Origin: an uncultured delta proteobacterium
GTDB lineage: Bacteria; Myxococcota; Kuafuiibacteriia; Kuafuiibacteriales; Kuafuiibacteriaceae
Assembly: GCA_963803435.1 (NCBI GenBank)
Contig: CAWDML010000005.1
Coordinates: 352,001 to 416,000 of the forward strand
Length of the DNA stretch: 64,000 nt
Direction: 5' to 3'
Numbering within the stretch: position 1 is the stretch's first letter; every line of letters begins with the position of its first letter. A program made the position numbers and the translations under genes. A model generated the notes under the pieces. The model did not search any database, was not told the DNA's origin, and saw only the letters and a list, made by a program, of their open reading frames with translations. Shown here in pieces: positions 1 to 12,817 of the stretch.

Positions 1-622
1 CGCGGGCGACGAGCCGATCGGCTTCGGATCCGACCCGCAATTCGGCGAGGTGGCGCCCTCGGTCCGGGGCGTCGAGCACGACGACGTGGCGCAGAACCCG
101 CCGGTGCCGCCGGGGACGATGTTCGAGTACGACTCGGCCCAAGCGCAGGCCGAGTCGCCGGTGCTGGTGCGGAGCGCCTCGAGGCGACCGCCGCCCCTCC
201 CGCCCTCGGCGCGTCGCCGTGCGATCAAGGAGACCGCCGGCGTGGTGACGCCGATGACGCACCACCAGACGATGTCGACGGAGGGCACCAATCCCGACCT
301 CGATCGCGACATCGCGCTGGCGCGCGCCCGCATGGTGCGCAGCCCCAACAGCGTGACCGCCTGCTACCGGCTGAGCACGCTCTTGATGAGACGCGGGGAC
401 CGCGACAACTTCGACGACGCGCTCAACACGCTCCTTCGCGTGATGGAGATGGAGCCGAACCACCCGGGCGCCCACCACAAGCTGGCCGAGGTGTTCGCGC
501 GGCGCGGCGAATACGTGCAGGCCTCCGAGCATCTCTCGCGGGCGCGACGCCTCGGATATCGGACGGATCCGGATCTCGAGGTCGTGGTGGCGAACGGCGT
601 CAAGCGTTTCGATCGAACCTGA
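1..622 (+). CDS. TPR-containing protein, probably 5'-truncated by the window edge
   Basis: ORF 50..622 has a Pro-rich linker followed by TPR-like helices (EPNHPGAHHKLAEVFARRGEYVQASEHLSRA). The frame appears open to the window start. Confidence 0.7.
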   Translation, partial: AGDEPIGFGSDPQFGEVAPSVRGVEHDDVAQNPPVPPGTMFEYDSAQAQAESPVLVRSASRRPPPLPPSARRRAIKETAGVVTPMTHHQTMSTEGTNPDLDRDIALARARMVRSPNSVTACYRLSTLLMRRGDRDNFDDALNTLLRVMEMEPNHPGAHHKLAEVFARRGEYVQASEHLSRARRLGYRTDPDLEVVVANGVKRFDRT

Positions 623-624
623 TC

Positions 625-1083
625 TCAGGGGCAGCCGACGCCGCCGTTGACGGTGGCGCCGTTGAAGTCGACGCCGGTGGCGCCAGTGCAGTTCGGAGAC
701 TGGAGATCCGCGCCGCCCCAGGTGGATCCCGTCAGGTCGGCGTTGAAGAAGTTCGGCGAGAAGAGATCGGCCTCGGTGAAGACGGCGCTGCGGAGATCGG
801 CGCCCGAGAAGTTGGGGCTCCTCAGGTCGGCGGATCCGAAGTCGGCCATCATCAGCCGGGCGCCGCTGAAGTTGCCCGAGTCGATGTCTGCGTTGCCGAA
901 GTCGACCCCCTCGAGGTTGGCGTCCTGGAAGTTCGGGCTGAAGAGGTTGATCTCGGCGAGCGAGCAGCCCGTGAGATCCCGACCGGAGTAGTTCGGCGCG
1001 GCGCTGTCGGTCGGGCATCCTCCTCCGCAGCCGTAGGCGCCGCCGAAGGCAGGGAGAAGAGAGAGCGCAAGGAAGAGCTTCAT
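625..1083 (-). CDS. pentapeptide-repeat lipoprotein
   Basis: ATG at 1083 gives MKLFLALSLLPAFGGAYGC (signal peptide plus lipobox-like Cys), followed by tandem A(D/N)(L/F)xx pentapeptides. Confidence 0.85.
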   Translation of the reverse strand: MKLFLALSLLPAFGGAYGCGGGCPTDSAAPNYSGRDLTGCSLAEINLFSPNFQDANLEGVDFGNADIDSGNFSGARLMMADFGSADLRSPNFSGADLRSAVFTEADLFSPNFFNADLTGSTWGGADLQSPNCTGATGVDFNGATVNGGVGCP

Positions 1084-1156
1084 GGAAGAGATACGAGCGC
1101 TGGGAGCCGACCGTGACTCGGGTGACGTCCGTCTCCTGTGCGGTCGGCTGAGCAGG

Positions 1157-1951
1157 CTACGGCGGGACCGCGCGGGCGAAGCCCTGGATGATCGAGAACG
1201 CACCGAGCCGGCGGAGGAGCGGCCATGTTCCCAGGGCCCGATCGATCCGATCCGGAAACGAGGTCGCGACGCCGGCGGCGCGGATCTCGCGGACGTCGAC
1301 GAAGCGCCGGATCGCGCGTGCGAAGGCGACCGGGTCGCGGAGATAGATCTCGGTGTCGTGGCCCTCGAGCTCCAGGCTCATGGCGAACGCGCGCCGGGGG
1401 AACAGGAGCGGGGTCAGCGCGCGCAGCGGCCGGCGGCGGATCTGCTCCAGAGCGGCGGCCCGCGGGAGGGCAAGCCAGAGCGGGCCGCCGGGGCGGAGGA
1501 TCCGGACGAAGCGCTCGATCAGCGCCGCTCCGTCGCGGTTGAAGGTGAGCGGCCCGTTGACGGTGACCAGGGCGTCGAAGCGCCCGAGCGGGCGGAGGTC
1601 GGCGGTCGCGTCGATCCACTGCACGGTGATGTCGACGCCGGCCTCGGCGGCGCGCCGCTCCGTGTGCTCGAGCATGCGCTCGGAGACGTCGGCGGCGATC
1701 ACGCGGACCCCGCGGCGGGCCAGCTCGATCGCGAGTGTGCCGGGGCCGCAGCCGAGCTCGATCAGGCGCGCCTCTTTGGGGAGCGTGCGCGCGATCTCCT
1801 CGATGAGATGGGAGAAGGCGCGGCTGTTGAGCGCCGAGGTGCTCGCCTGCGCCTCGTATCGCTCGGCCATGTCTCCGTAGATCCGGCCGAGCGCCTCGGG
1901 CGGGAGCGGCGCGCGCCTCGAGCGCCGAACGATGGGCGCCCGCTCCGTCAC
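1157..1951 (-). CDS. class I SAM-dependent methyltransferase
   Basis: Motif I LIELGCGPG and ADVSERML. The GTG start at 1951 overlaps the mgtE stop (GTGA coupling). Confidence 0.85.
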   Translation of the reverse strand: MTERAPIVRRSRRAPLPPEALGRIYGDMAERYEAQASTSALNSRAFSHLIEEIARTLPKEARLIELGCGPGTLAIELARRGVRVIAADVSERMLEHTERRAAEAGVDITVQWIDATADLRPLGRFDALVTVNGPLTFNRDGAALIERFVRILRPGGPLWLALPRAAALEQIRRRPLRALTPLLFPRRAFAMSLELEGHDTEIYLRDPVAFARAIRRFVDVREIRAAGVATSFPDRIDRALGTWPLLRRLGAFSIIQGFARAVPP

Positions 1952-3300
1952 GAGGGCTGTCCGAGGATCAGGAGCGAAACGAGCATGTAGACGACCACGC
2001 CGAGGACGTCGTTGATCGAGGCGATCAGCGGTCCTGCGGCGATGGCCGGATCGATCCCGAAGCGCTTCAGAATGGGTGGCTCGCAGGAGCCGAGCAGGCT
2101 GGCCGCGCCCATCGAACAGCCGAGCGCGACGCCGACGCACACGCCCAGGAGCGGCACGCCCTGCCAGAGCGCGATGATCGCGGCGGCGGCCCCTCCGCAG
2201 GCGAGCCCCATCAGCGAGGCCACCGCGACGTCCTTGAAGATGTGCTGGGCGAGCTTCCCCTTTTCGATGTGTCCGACCGCCAGGCCTCGGATCATGATCA
2301 TCGCGGACTGGAAGCCGACGATACCGCTCGCCCCTGTCACCATCGGGACGAAGGCCAAGAGGATCACCGCCGTCTTCAGGTGGACGGCGGCGCGCGCGAG
2401 CACCCAGGCGGCCACGAGGCCGGCCACCAGCGTCGATCCCATCCAGGGGAGGCGCCGGCGGAGGATCTTCCGGATCTTGTCGGTGTAGATGACCTCCGGC
2501 TCGGCCCCGGCGCCGGCGATCTTGAGCATGTCCTCCTCGGCTTCCTCCATCAGGACGTCGTGCACGTCGTCGGCGGTGATCCGACCGATCAGGCGCCGCT
2601 CGGCGCGATCGACCACGCCCAGCTCGACCAGGCTGTACCGGTTGAAGATTCGCGCCACCTCCTCCTGATCGACGTCGGGGGTCACCTCGGCGAGCTTCGG
2701 CTCCATCACGTCCTCGACGGGTGTCTCCGGCGCCGACAGCACCAAGTCCTGGAGCGCGAGGTGACCCGCGTAGCGACCCACGTCGTCGACGACGAAGACG
2801 CTGATGATGTCGACCTCCTTCGCCGCCTCCCGGACCGCCTTCATCGCGGCGCCGATCGTGGTGGAGATCGCGACGGTGACCAGCTCGGTCTGCATGATCC
2901 CGCCCGCGCTCGCCGGGTCGTACTCGAGGAGCCGCGCCACCTCTTCTCGCTCCTCACGCGGGAGCGTGGCGAGGAGCGCCTTGGCTGTCTTCTCGTCGAC
3001 CTCCTGGAGCAGATCGGTGACGTCGTCGGTCTCCATCTCGCCGACGATCGGCGCCAGGTCCTGGGGACGGACCAGCCTCAGGATCCGCTCCTGTTCTTCG
3101 GCGTCGAGCTCCGAGAGGAGGTTGGCGGCCCGCTCCGGGTCGAGGTGCTTGAGGATCGCCTTCGCGGTCTCGGCCGTCACGTCGTCGACGAGCTCGGCCA
3201 GGTCGGCCGGGTGCAGGAGCAACAAGAACGTGCGCAGCTCGTCTTCCCGCCCCGGACGCGTGAGCAGCTCGAGCTCATCGACGTCTTCCTGACGCTCCAT
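1948..3300 (-). CDS. mgtE: magnesium transporter MgtE
   Basis: N-terminal LHPADLAE domain, CBS pair (AGGIMQTE, GRITADDV), TM region with RRRLPW and DPAIAAGPLIASINDVLG. Confidence 0.93.
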   Translation of the reverse strand: MERQEDVDELELLTRPGREDELRTFLLLLHPADLAELVDDVTAETAKAILKHLDPERAANLLSELDAEEQERILRLVRPQDLAPIVGEMETDDVTDLLQEVDEKTAKALLATLPREEREEVARLLEYDPASAGGIMQTELVTVAISTTIGAAMKAVREAAKEVDIISVFVVDDVGRYAGHLALQDLVLSAPETPVEDVMEPKLAEVTPDVDQEEVARIFNRYSLVELGVVDRAERRLIGRITADDVHDVLMEEAEEDMLKIAGAGAEPEVIYTDKIRKILRRRLPWMGSTLVAGLVAAWVLARAAVHLKTAVILLAFVPMVTGASGIVGFQSAMIMIRGLAVGHIEKGKLAQHIFKDVAVASLMGLACGGAAAAIIALWQGVPLLGVCVGVALGCSMGAASLLGSCEPPILKRFGIDPAIAAGPLIASINDVLGVVVYMLVSLLILGQPS

Positions 3301-3380
3301 CCCCACCCCGCCCGTATCCAGCGCCCCCGGGCAGGTCAAGGGGGTTGCCGGCAGAGCGCCGATGTCTGATAGCTTGGGGG

Positions 3381-4802
<1,422 letters not shown>

Positions 4803-4824
4803 GTCGCCGCGCGCGGCCGAGCCT

Positions 4825-5772
4825 TTGCGCTTGATCGGTCATGTTCGCGCGGCGCGGCGGCGCGCGCGCGTCCTGGCTGTCGCCGAGGCGGTGGCGGTGC
4901 TCGAGCCCTTCGGCGCGCGGGCGGTGCCGGGAGGTCCGCTCGCCGATCAGCCCGGCGTGCTCTGGGTCGAGGTCGAAGGGGAGATCGAGGACGGCGCGAT
5001 CCGGCAGCGCGTCGAGCGCCTCGGGTACGTGGAGCGCGTCGAGCGCGTGGCGCTGGGCGAGCCGGGGCGGGGCTCGGCCAGGGGACGCACCTGGCGCAAG
5101 CGCCCGTTCTACCTGGAGGAGATCTGGACCGACTCGAAGGAGGCGCACCGGGCGGCGGCGCCGGATCGACGGGCGTTTCTCTTGCCCGACGCGGGCGGCG
5201 AGGTGCGGGCGGTGACCGGCTATCGCGGCAGCGGTGGGCGAGGGGAGCGCCGGGCGCTCCCGGTGGCGGACGCTCGGCTGCTGGTGAACCTGGCCCGCGC
5301 GGACCTTGATCGCGTGCTGCTGGATCCGTTCGCCGGTGCGGGCGGGATCGTATTCGAGTCGACGCGGCTGGGCGCGAGGGTCTTCAGCGTCGACGTCGAT
5401 CCGATCCTGCGGCCGGGCCTCGAAGCATTCGGGGCCGAGCACACGGTGGGCGATGCGCGCGCGCTGCCGTTTCCCGATGCCTCGGTCCACGGCGTGGCCA
5501 CCGAGCCGCCCTTCGACGCCGAATCGGACGCGGTCCTCGCGGAGGCGATCCGAGAGATCGCGCGCGTCCTGGTCCCGGGCGGCCGGGCGGCCCTGATGAT
5601 CGCCGAGCGACAGCGGATCGTCGTGGAGCGCGCCGGTGAAGCGGCTGCGCTCGAGATCGAGCTGGCCCACGACGTCGACCGCAAGGGAACCCGCGCGGCG
5701 GTGGTGGTGCTGCGACGGCGGCGGGAAGGCCTCGGACCCGCTGGCGGTCGGGGAGAGTCATGCGGAGCCTGA
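4825..5772 (+). CDS. putative RNA methyltransferase (Trm11/UPF0020-like)
   Basis: LLDPFAGAGG SAM-binding motif and TEPPF (NPPY-like) motif. The start codon is uncertain. Confidence 0.7.
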   Translation: MRLIGHVRAARRRARVLAVAEAVAVLEPFGARAVPGGPLADQPGVLWVEVEGEIEDGAIRQRVERLGYVERVERVALGEPGRGSARGRTWRKRPFYLEEIWTDSKEAHRAAAPDRRAFLLPDAGGEVRAVTGYRGSGGRGERRALPVADARLLVNLARADLDRVLLDPFAGAGGIVFESTRLGARVFSVDVDPILRPGLEAFGAEHTVGDARALPFPDASVHGVATEPPFDAESDAVLAEAIREIARVLVPGGRAALMIAERQRIVVERAGEAAALEIELAHDVDRKGTRAAVVVLRRRREGLGPAGGRGESCGA

Positions 5773-5965
5773 CTGTCGGGCGTCGGATCGCGGTCGTCAC
5801 GACGCGCGATGACAGGACTGACTCTCCGCACGACACACGCGCGCTGCACGCTGGCATCGCCGACGCTGGCGTCCCCCGACCTTTCCGCCGGCCCGGCACT
5901 GAGGTCCTTCCTCTCCACACCTCGCGGCCATGTTCCTCTGCCAGGATCGCTGTATCATCCCCGCC

Positions 5966-6656
5966 ATGGGATTGTTTGGTAGCAGCAGCAGCAGCAGCAA
6001 GAAGGGTGAGACCAACGACGTCCAGCCGACGCCCGAGCCCGCACCGGCGCGTCCGAGCAGACCGCCGGAGCCACAGGCCGAGAAGCCGCAGAAAGACGGC
6101 TACGGGATCGATCAGCTGGTGCAGCTGATGCGACGGCTCCCGTCTGACAACATCGAGCTGGTGGTCCGCGTCCTCAAGGAGACGCTCGAGTCGGTGAAGA
6201 TCGCCGTCCCTCGACTCATCAAGGAGGCGGAGAAGCGCGCGTCGGATCTCACGTCCGGGATCTCCGATCACCGTCGTGCGATCACGAAGCTCGAGGAAGA
6301 GCTCGCCGCCAAGCAGAAGTCGATCGAGGAGGAGATCGCCGCCAAGAAGAAGGCGATCGAGGAGCTCGAGGCCGCCCATCAAGAGGTGAGCGTGGTGAAG
6401 GAGCGGCTGAACCTCGGCCTGCGTCTGGACGCTCCGTCGGTCACGGGGGTCCCCAAGCCCGCCCCCACCCCCGCGTCCGCCCCTACACCCCCGCTGTCGT
6501 CGGATTCTGAAGGCTGGCCCGCCCCCACCGGCGCCTCCCCCCGAGCTGAGGCCGCCGATGCCGGCGGAGACCAAGGCCTCCCCTCTCCCGGGACTGGGGA
6601 CGCTCAAGACCACGCCGATCGTCGAGAAGAACCTCTCGGAGAAGAAGCCCAGCTGA
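5966..6656 (+). CDS. coiled-coil hypothetical protein with an apparent +1 frameshift at ~6505
   Basis: ATG 5966 (MGLFGSSSSSSKK) and a K/E-rich coiled coil. Removing one T from GATTC at 6503-6507 gives a Pro-rich tail with host-like codons ending at TGA 6654-6656. The uncorrected ORF runs to 6760. Confidence 0.65.
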
Positions 6657-6698
6657 GCCCCAAAGATCCGGGTCTTCCTTCAGTAGATCCGGCTCGAC

Positions 6699-8902
<2,204 letters not shown>

Positions 8903-8983
8903 TCGCTGGTGATACTGACTCTCGAGCGCCCGTCTTTTTTTTGGTGGGAAGGAGCCCCGGCCTTCGTCGTACACTGATCTCCC

Positions 8984-9085
8984 ATGGACAACGGACGCGC
9001 GACGAAGTGGCTGATCTATCTCGGAGTTCTCGTGGGAGTGAACATCCTCAGCTACGTCCTGGACTGGGGCTTCTGGATCTATTGA
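8984..9085 (+). CDS. 33-aa single-pass membrane microprotein
   Basis: Read directly from the sequence: MDNGRATKWLIYLGVLVGVNILSYVLDWGFWIY*. Its stop overlaps the TTG start of the next gene (TTGA). Confidence 0.65.
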   Translation: MDNGRATKWLIYLGVLVGVNILSYVLDWGFWIY

Positions 9086-9681
9086 GCTCGCGCTTCGAAC
9101 GCCTGTTCGACCTGGCGCTCGGCGTCTCGATCGTCGGGTGGGGAGCCGCGGCCCTCCTCCACGCACCCACGCTCGCTCCGGTGCGGATCGCGATCGTCGC
9201 GGTCAACCTCGCCGTCGGCGCGCTCGTCGCCTTTCGGCGCGCTCCGGACCGGGGCGCCACCTTCTTCCAGATCGCCCTGGCCCTCCCGGCGGTGGCGGCC
9301 GGCGGGGTGGCCCTCTTACTGGCGCCGCCGCCCGAGTCGTGGCCACCGCCCGCCGCGATCATGGTGGTCGCCGGCGCGCTCTTCACGCTGGTCGCGTTCG
9401 CCTTCCTCGGCCGGAGCTTCGCCGTGTTCCCGTCGCGACGTCGGATCGTCGTGCATGGACCGTACGCGCTCCTTCGACACCCGGCCTACCTCGGGGAGCT
9501 CACGATGGTCTCCGGCGCGCTGCTGGCCGCCGGACCGGTGATCGCTGCGTGCTCCCTCCCGACCGTGGTCTTCCTCCTCGTGCTCCGTATCCGGGCCGAA
9601 GAGTCACTCTTGTCGGAGTGTGAGGCCTACCAGACGTACGCCGCGGACGTTCGCTGGCGCTTGCTGCCGCTCGTCTGGTGA
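9082..9681 (+). CDS. isoprenylcysteine carboxyl methyltransferase / PEMT-family membrane protein
   Basis: Hydrophobic helices, GPYALLRHPAYLG, RIRAEE and Y..Y...V.WRLLP motifs. TTG 9082 is in frame with ORF 8893..9681. Confidence 0.85.
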   Translation: MSSRFERLFDLALGVSIVGWGAAALLHAPTLAPVRIAIVAVNLAVGALVAFRRAPDRGATFFQIALALPAVAAGGVALLLAPPPESWPPPAAIMVVAGALFTLVAFAFLGRSFAVFPSRRRIVVHGPYALLRHPAYLGELTMVSGALLAAGPVIAACSLPTVVFLLVLRIRAEESLLSECEAYQTYAADVRWRLLPLVW

Positions 9682-10956
9682 TCAGCGGTCGTACCACCAG
9701 AACCCGACCATCAACGAGATCAGCGCGAGCAGGACGAGGAGCAACGCCGCACGCCAGCCCGGCGTGCGCGGCGGTGGCGGCGTCACTCGTGTGGCCACCT
9801 GGGCCTCGAGCGCGGCGGGCCGCTGCGGTATCGAAACCGTGTCCTCGGGACGCACGGGCTCGATGGTGGTCTCGCTCTCGTCGAGATCGCGCCTCGGCGG
9901 CTCGAACGGTCGCGCGATCTCGGTGAGGTCCCCCATATCGTCGTCGTCGTCGAGGAAGTCGTCGCTGGCGGTTCGAAGGTCGAGGGCGGTCTCGGAGTCG
10001 CGCGCGTCCGCGTCGAGGACCTCGCGAGCCAGGACCTGAAGCTGGATCTGCGGCGAGAGATCGTCACCGATCTCGGCGCGGAGCATGGCTTCCATCTCCC
10101 GCGCCGTGGCGAAACGCTTGTTGGGATCGATCGACAGCGCGCGGCGCGCGATCGCCGAGAGCTGGCGCGAAACGTTCGGGTTGGCCGAGCGGGCCTCGGG
10201 AGCCGGCTCCTCGCTGATCGCGAGCGCGGTGGCGAGCGGGTTGGATCGATCGAACAACCGCCGCCCGGTGATCGCCTCCCAGAGCACGATCCCGATGGAG
10301 AAAACGTCCGAGCGCCGGTCGAGGGAGGCCCCGCGGATCTGCTCCGGCGACATGTATCCGTCCTTTCCTCTGAGCTCGCCGGGCTCCTCACTCCGCGTGT
10401 CGATCGCCGCGTGCGCGATCCCGAAGTCGAGCAGCTGCACCTTTCCGTCGAACGTCACGAAGATGTTCTGCGGAGACACGTCCCGGTGGACGATACCGAG
10501 GTGCGCACCGTCTTCGTTGCACGCTTCGTGTGCGTGGTGGAGGCCCGCGCACGCCTCCGCGACGATCCAGGCCATCAGTCCCACCGGGAGCGCGCGCCCG
10601 CGCAGCCGCTTCGACAGCACGTCGAGCGGAGCGCCCTTGAGGTAGCGCGTGGCCAAGAACGGGATCCCGTCCTCGCTGCCGTAGCGCAGGATCTCGCAGA
10701 CGTTCGGGTGATGGAGGCGGGAGAGGAGCTCCGCCTCATGCAAGAACATGTGCGCGATCTCCCCGGCCTCGATGAGATGGGGGTGCAGGCACTTGAGCGC
10801 CACCCACTCGAAGCCGTCGTGCAGCCGCTTCCGGCCGAGATAGACACTCGCCGTGCCGCCGACACCGAGCCGCTCGACGAGCGTGTACTCGCCGAACGTC
10901 CTGGGCAGCTCCCTCACCGCCGGCCAAAGATGCCCCCTTTCCCGCGCCGCGACCAT
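9682..10956 (-). CDS. membrane-anchored Ser/Thr protein kinase
   Basis: LGVGGTASV, ALK, HRDVSPQN, LDFGIA, GYMSPEQ and a C-terminal TM helix. Confidence 0.92.
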   Translation of the reverse strand: MVAARERGHLWPAVRELPRTFGEYTLVERLGVGGTASVYLGRKRLHDGFEWVALKCLHPHLIEAGEIAHMFLHEAELLSRLHHPNVCEILRYGSEDGIPFLATRYLKGAPLDVLSKRLRGRALPVGLMAWIVAEACAGLHHAHEACNEDGAHLGIVHRDVSPQNIFVTFDGKVQLLDFGIAHAAIDTRSEEPGELRGKDGYMSPEQIRGASLDRRSDVFSIGIVLWEAITGRRLFDRSNPLATALAISEEPAPEARSANPNVSRQLSAIARRALSIDPNKRFATAREMEAMLRAEIGDDLSPQIQLQVLAREVLDADARDSETALDLRTASDDFLDDDDDMGDLTEIARPFEPPRRDLDESETTIEPVRPEDTVSIPQRPAALEAQVATRVTPPPPRTPGWRAALLLVLLALISLMVGFWWYDR

Positions 10957-10999
10957 CCCTCGGCGGCCCTTCGTGCTATAGGAGCGTTGACCACACGCC

Positions 11000-12817
11000 A
11001 TGGACAGGGTTCGCGGTCGAATCAGCGTTCACGTGCGCGGCTTCGGGTTCTTGACACTCGACGACGGGCGCTCCGCCTTCGTCGCGCCTCCGGATCTCAA
11101 CCCGCTCCTCGCCGACGATCTGGCCAGCGCCGAGTTGGTGGAGGCTGGCGGCCGGCTCTCGGCAAAGCAGCTGCAGCTGGAGGTGCGCAGCCGCACCGAG
11201 CTGATCGGTGAGGTGGTGGCGAGGAGGGGGCGTCTCTGGCTCCAGGTCGATCGGACGATCGCCAACACGGACTGGCCGCTCCGGCCCGACGGACATGACC
11301 TCGAGGAGGGGAGCTGGTGGGTGGCGTGCGTCGACGGAGATGCGCTCATTCCCGACCATGTCGTCGCGCCGGCCGAGCTCTCGCTGGAGCGCGTCCTGGT
11401 GCGCCACGGGATCCGGGCCCGCTTCCCGCCCGACTGTCAATCCAGCCTGCCGAAGCTCAGCAAGAAGACGTTCGCCGGGCGTCGCGATCTCACCGACCTG
11501 ACGACGGTCACGATCGACGCCCCGGTCTCGAAGGACCTCGATGACGCACTGGCGATCCTCCCCGCGGATCCCGACGGCGGGCTCCGCCTGTTCGTCAGCA
11601 TCGCGGACGTCGACTCGCTGGTCCCCGAGGGGAGCGCGGCCGACGCGGAGGCCCGGCTGCGCGGCACCAGCACGTACCTCGCGGGCGCCGTCATCCCGAT
11701 GCTCCCCCGGGAGCTGAGCGAGCAGGAGCTCAGCCTGCTGCCCGGCATCGACCGACCTGCGATCACCGCGGAGCTGCGGATCGATCCCGAAGGCGCCATC
11801 ACCGCGGTCGATCTCTATGCGAGCCGCATCCGCTCCGCGCAGCGTCTCGACTACGACACGGTGGCGGCGTTCCTCGACCAGAGCGCCACCGCCGATCTAC
11901 CGGCGCCGGTGCTCACCACGCTCCGCTGGCTCCGCACGGCGGCGGCCCGCATCGGGGCGGTGCGGGCGGCCCGCGGCGGGGTCCGCTTCCTGCGCGAGGA
12001 GGCCCATGTCACCGTCGATCGCGATACCCAGGAGCCGACCGCCATCGACGCGCGACCTTCGACCAGCGCCCACACGCTCGTGGAGCGTTTGATGGTCGCC
12101 GCCAACGAGGCCGTCGGTCGCTGGCTGGTCGAGCGCGGTCTTCCCGGGATGTTCCGGGTCCATCCGGAGCCCGACGCCGAGCGCGCGCGCGCCCTGGCGG
12201 ACCTCGCCCACAACTTCGGCTTCGAGCTCGGGCTCGGCGAGCAGCTCACGCCGCGCGGGCTGGCGGCCCTCGAGGCCCAGTTCGCGGGCAACGCGGTCGA
12301 GCCGGCGATGCGTGAGGCGCTCTCGCGTGTCCTGGGGCCGGCGCGGTACACGTCGAGGTCAGGCCTGCACTTCGGGTTGGCCGCGCCCATCTATCTCCAC
12401 TTTACCTCGCCGATCCGGCGCTACGCGGATCTGGTGGTCCACCGCGTCGTCAAGCGCTTTCTCGAGGGTCGCCGCGATCAGCGCGCCAACGATCCCTCGT
12501 TCGAAGCGCTGGCCGTCCACCTCAACGATCGCGCGCGCCGCTCCGCCAAGGCGGAGACCGAGCGCCTTCGCATGATGGCCGCCCGCTGGTTCGCGTCGAA
12601 GGTCGGCGATCGCTACGCCGCCAACGTCGTCGCGATCAAGCCGTTCGGTCTGGTGGTCCAGCTCCGCGGCGCCGGCGTCACCGGGAGCGTGCCTGCCGAG
12701 TCGCTGCCCGACCGGAGGTTCATGGTGGGCGAGGAGCTCGAGGTGATCGTCGAGGGGACGGACGAAGCGCTCGGGCGGATCGATCTGCGGATGGCGCAGA
12801 AGCATCCGGGGCGATGA
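11000..12817 (+). CDS. RNase II/RNase R family (RNB) exoribonuclease
   Basis: N-terminal cold-shock-like GFGFL, catalytic TIDAPVSKDLDDAL, HFGLA..YLHFTSPIRRYADL and a C-terminal S1-like domain. Confidence 0.92.
   Translation: MDRVRGRISVHVRGFGFLTLDDGRSAFVAPPDLNPLLADDLASAELVEAGGRLSAKQLQLEVRSRTELIGEVVARRGRLWLQVDRTIANTDWPLRPDGHDLEEGSWWVACVDGDALIPDHVVAPAELSLERVLVRHGIRARFPPDCQSSLPKLSKKTFAGRRDLTDLTTVTIDAPVSKDLDDALAILPADPDGGLRLFVSIADVDSLVPEGSAADAEARLRGTSTYLAGAVIPMLPRELSEQELSLLPGIDRPAITAELRIDPEGAITAVDLYASRIRSAQRLDYDTVAAFLDQSATADLPAPVLTTLRWLRTAAARIGAVRAARGGVRFLREEAHVTVDRDTQEPTAIDARPSTSAHTLVERLMVAANEAVGRWLVERGLPGMFRVHPEPDAERARALADLAHNFGFELGLGEQLTPRGLAALEAQFAGNAVEPAMREALSRVLGPARYTSRSGLHFGLAAPIYLHFTSPIRRYADLVVHRVVKRFLEGRRDQRANDPSFEALAVHLNDRARRSAKAETERLRMMAARWFASKVGDRYAANVVAIKPFGLVVQLRGAGVTGSVPAESLPDRRFMVGEELEVIVEGTDEALGRIDLRMAQKHPGR

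Noticed and set aside
3301-3380. M-box riboswitch upstream of mgtE
   Set aside because: Only about 80 bp separate the divergent genes, too short, and no recognisable motif is present.
5773-5965. Possible sigma-54 promoter (TGGCATCGCCGACGC) or c-di-GMP-riboswitch-like GAAA/GGGACGC on the minus strand
   Set aside because: The -12 element lacks TTGC. The riboswitch 5' consensus is absent and no minus-strand gene lies downstream.
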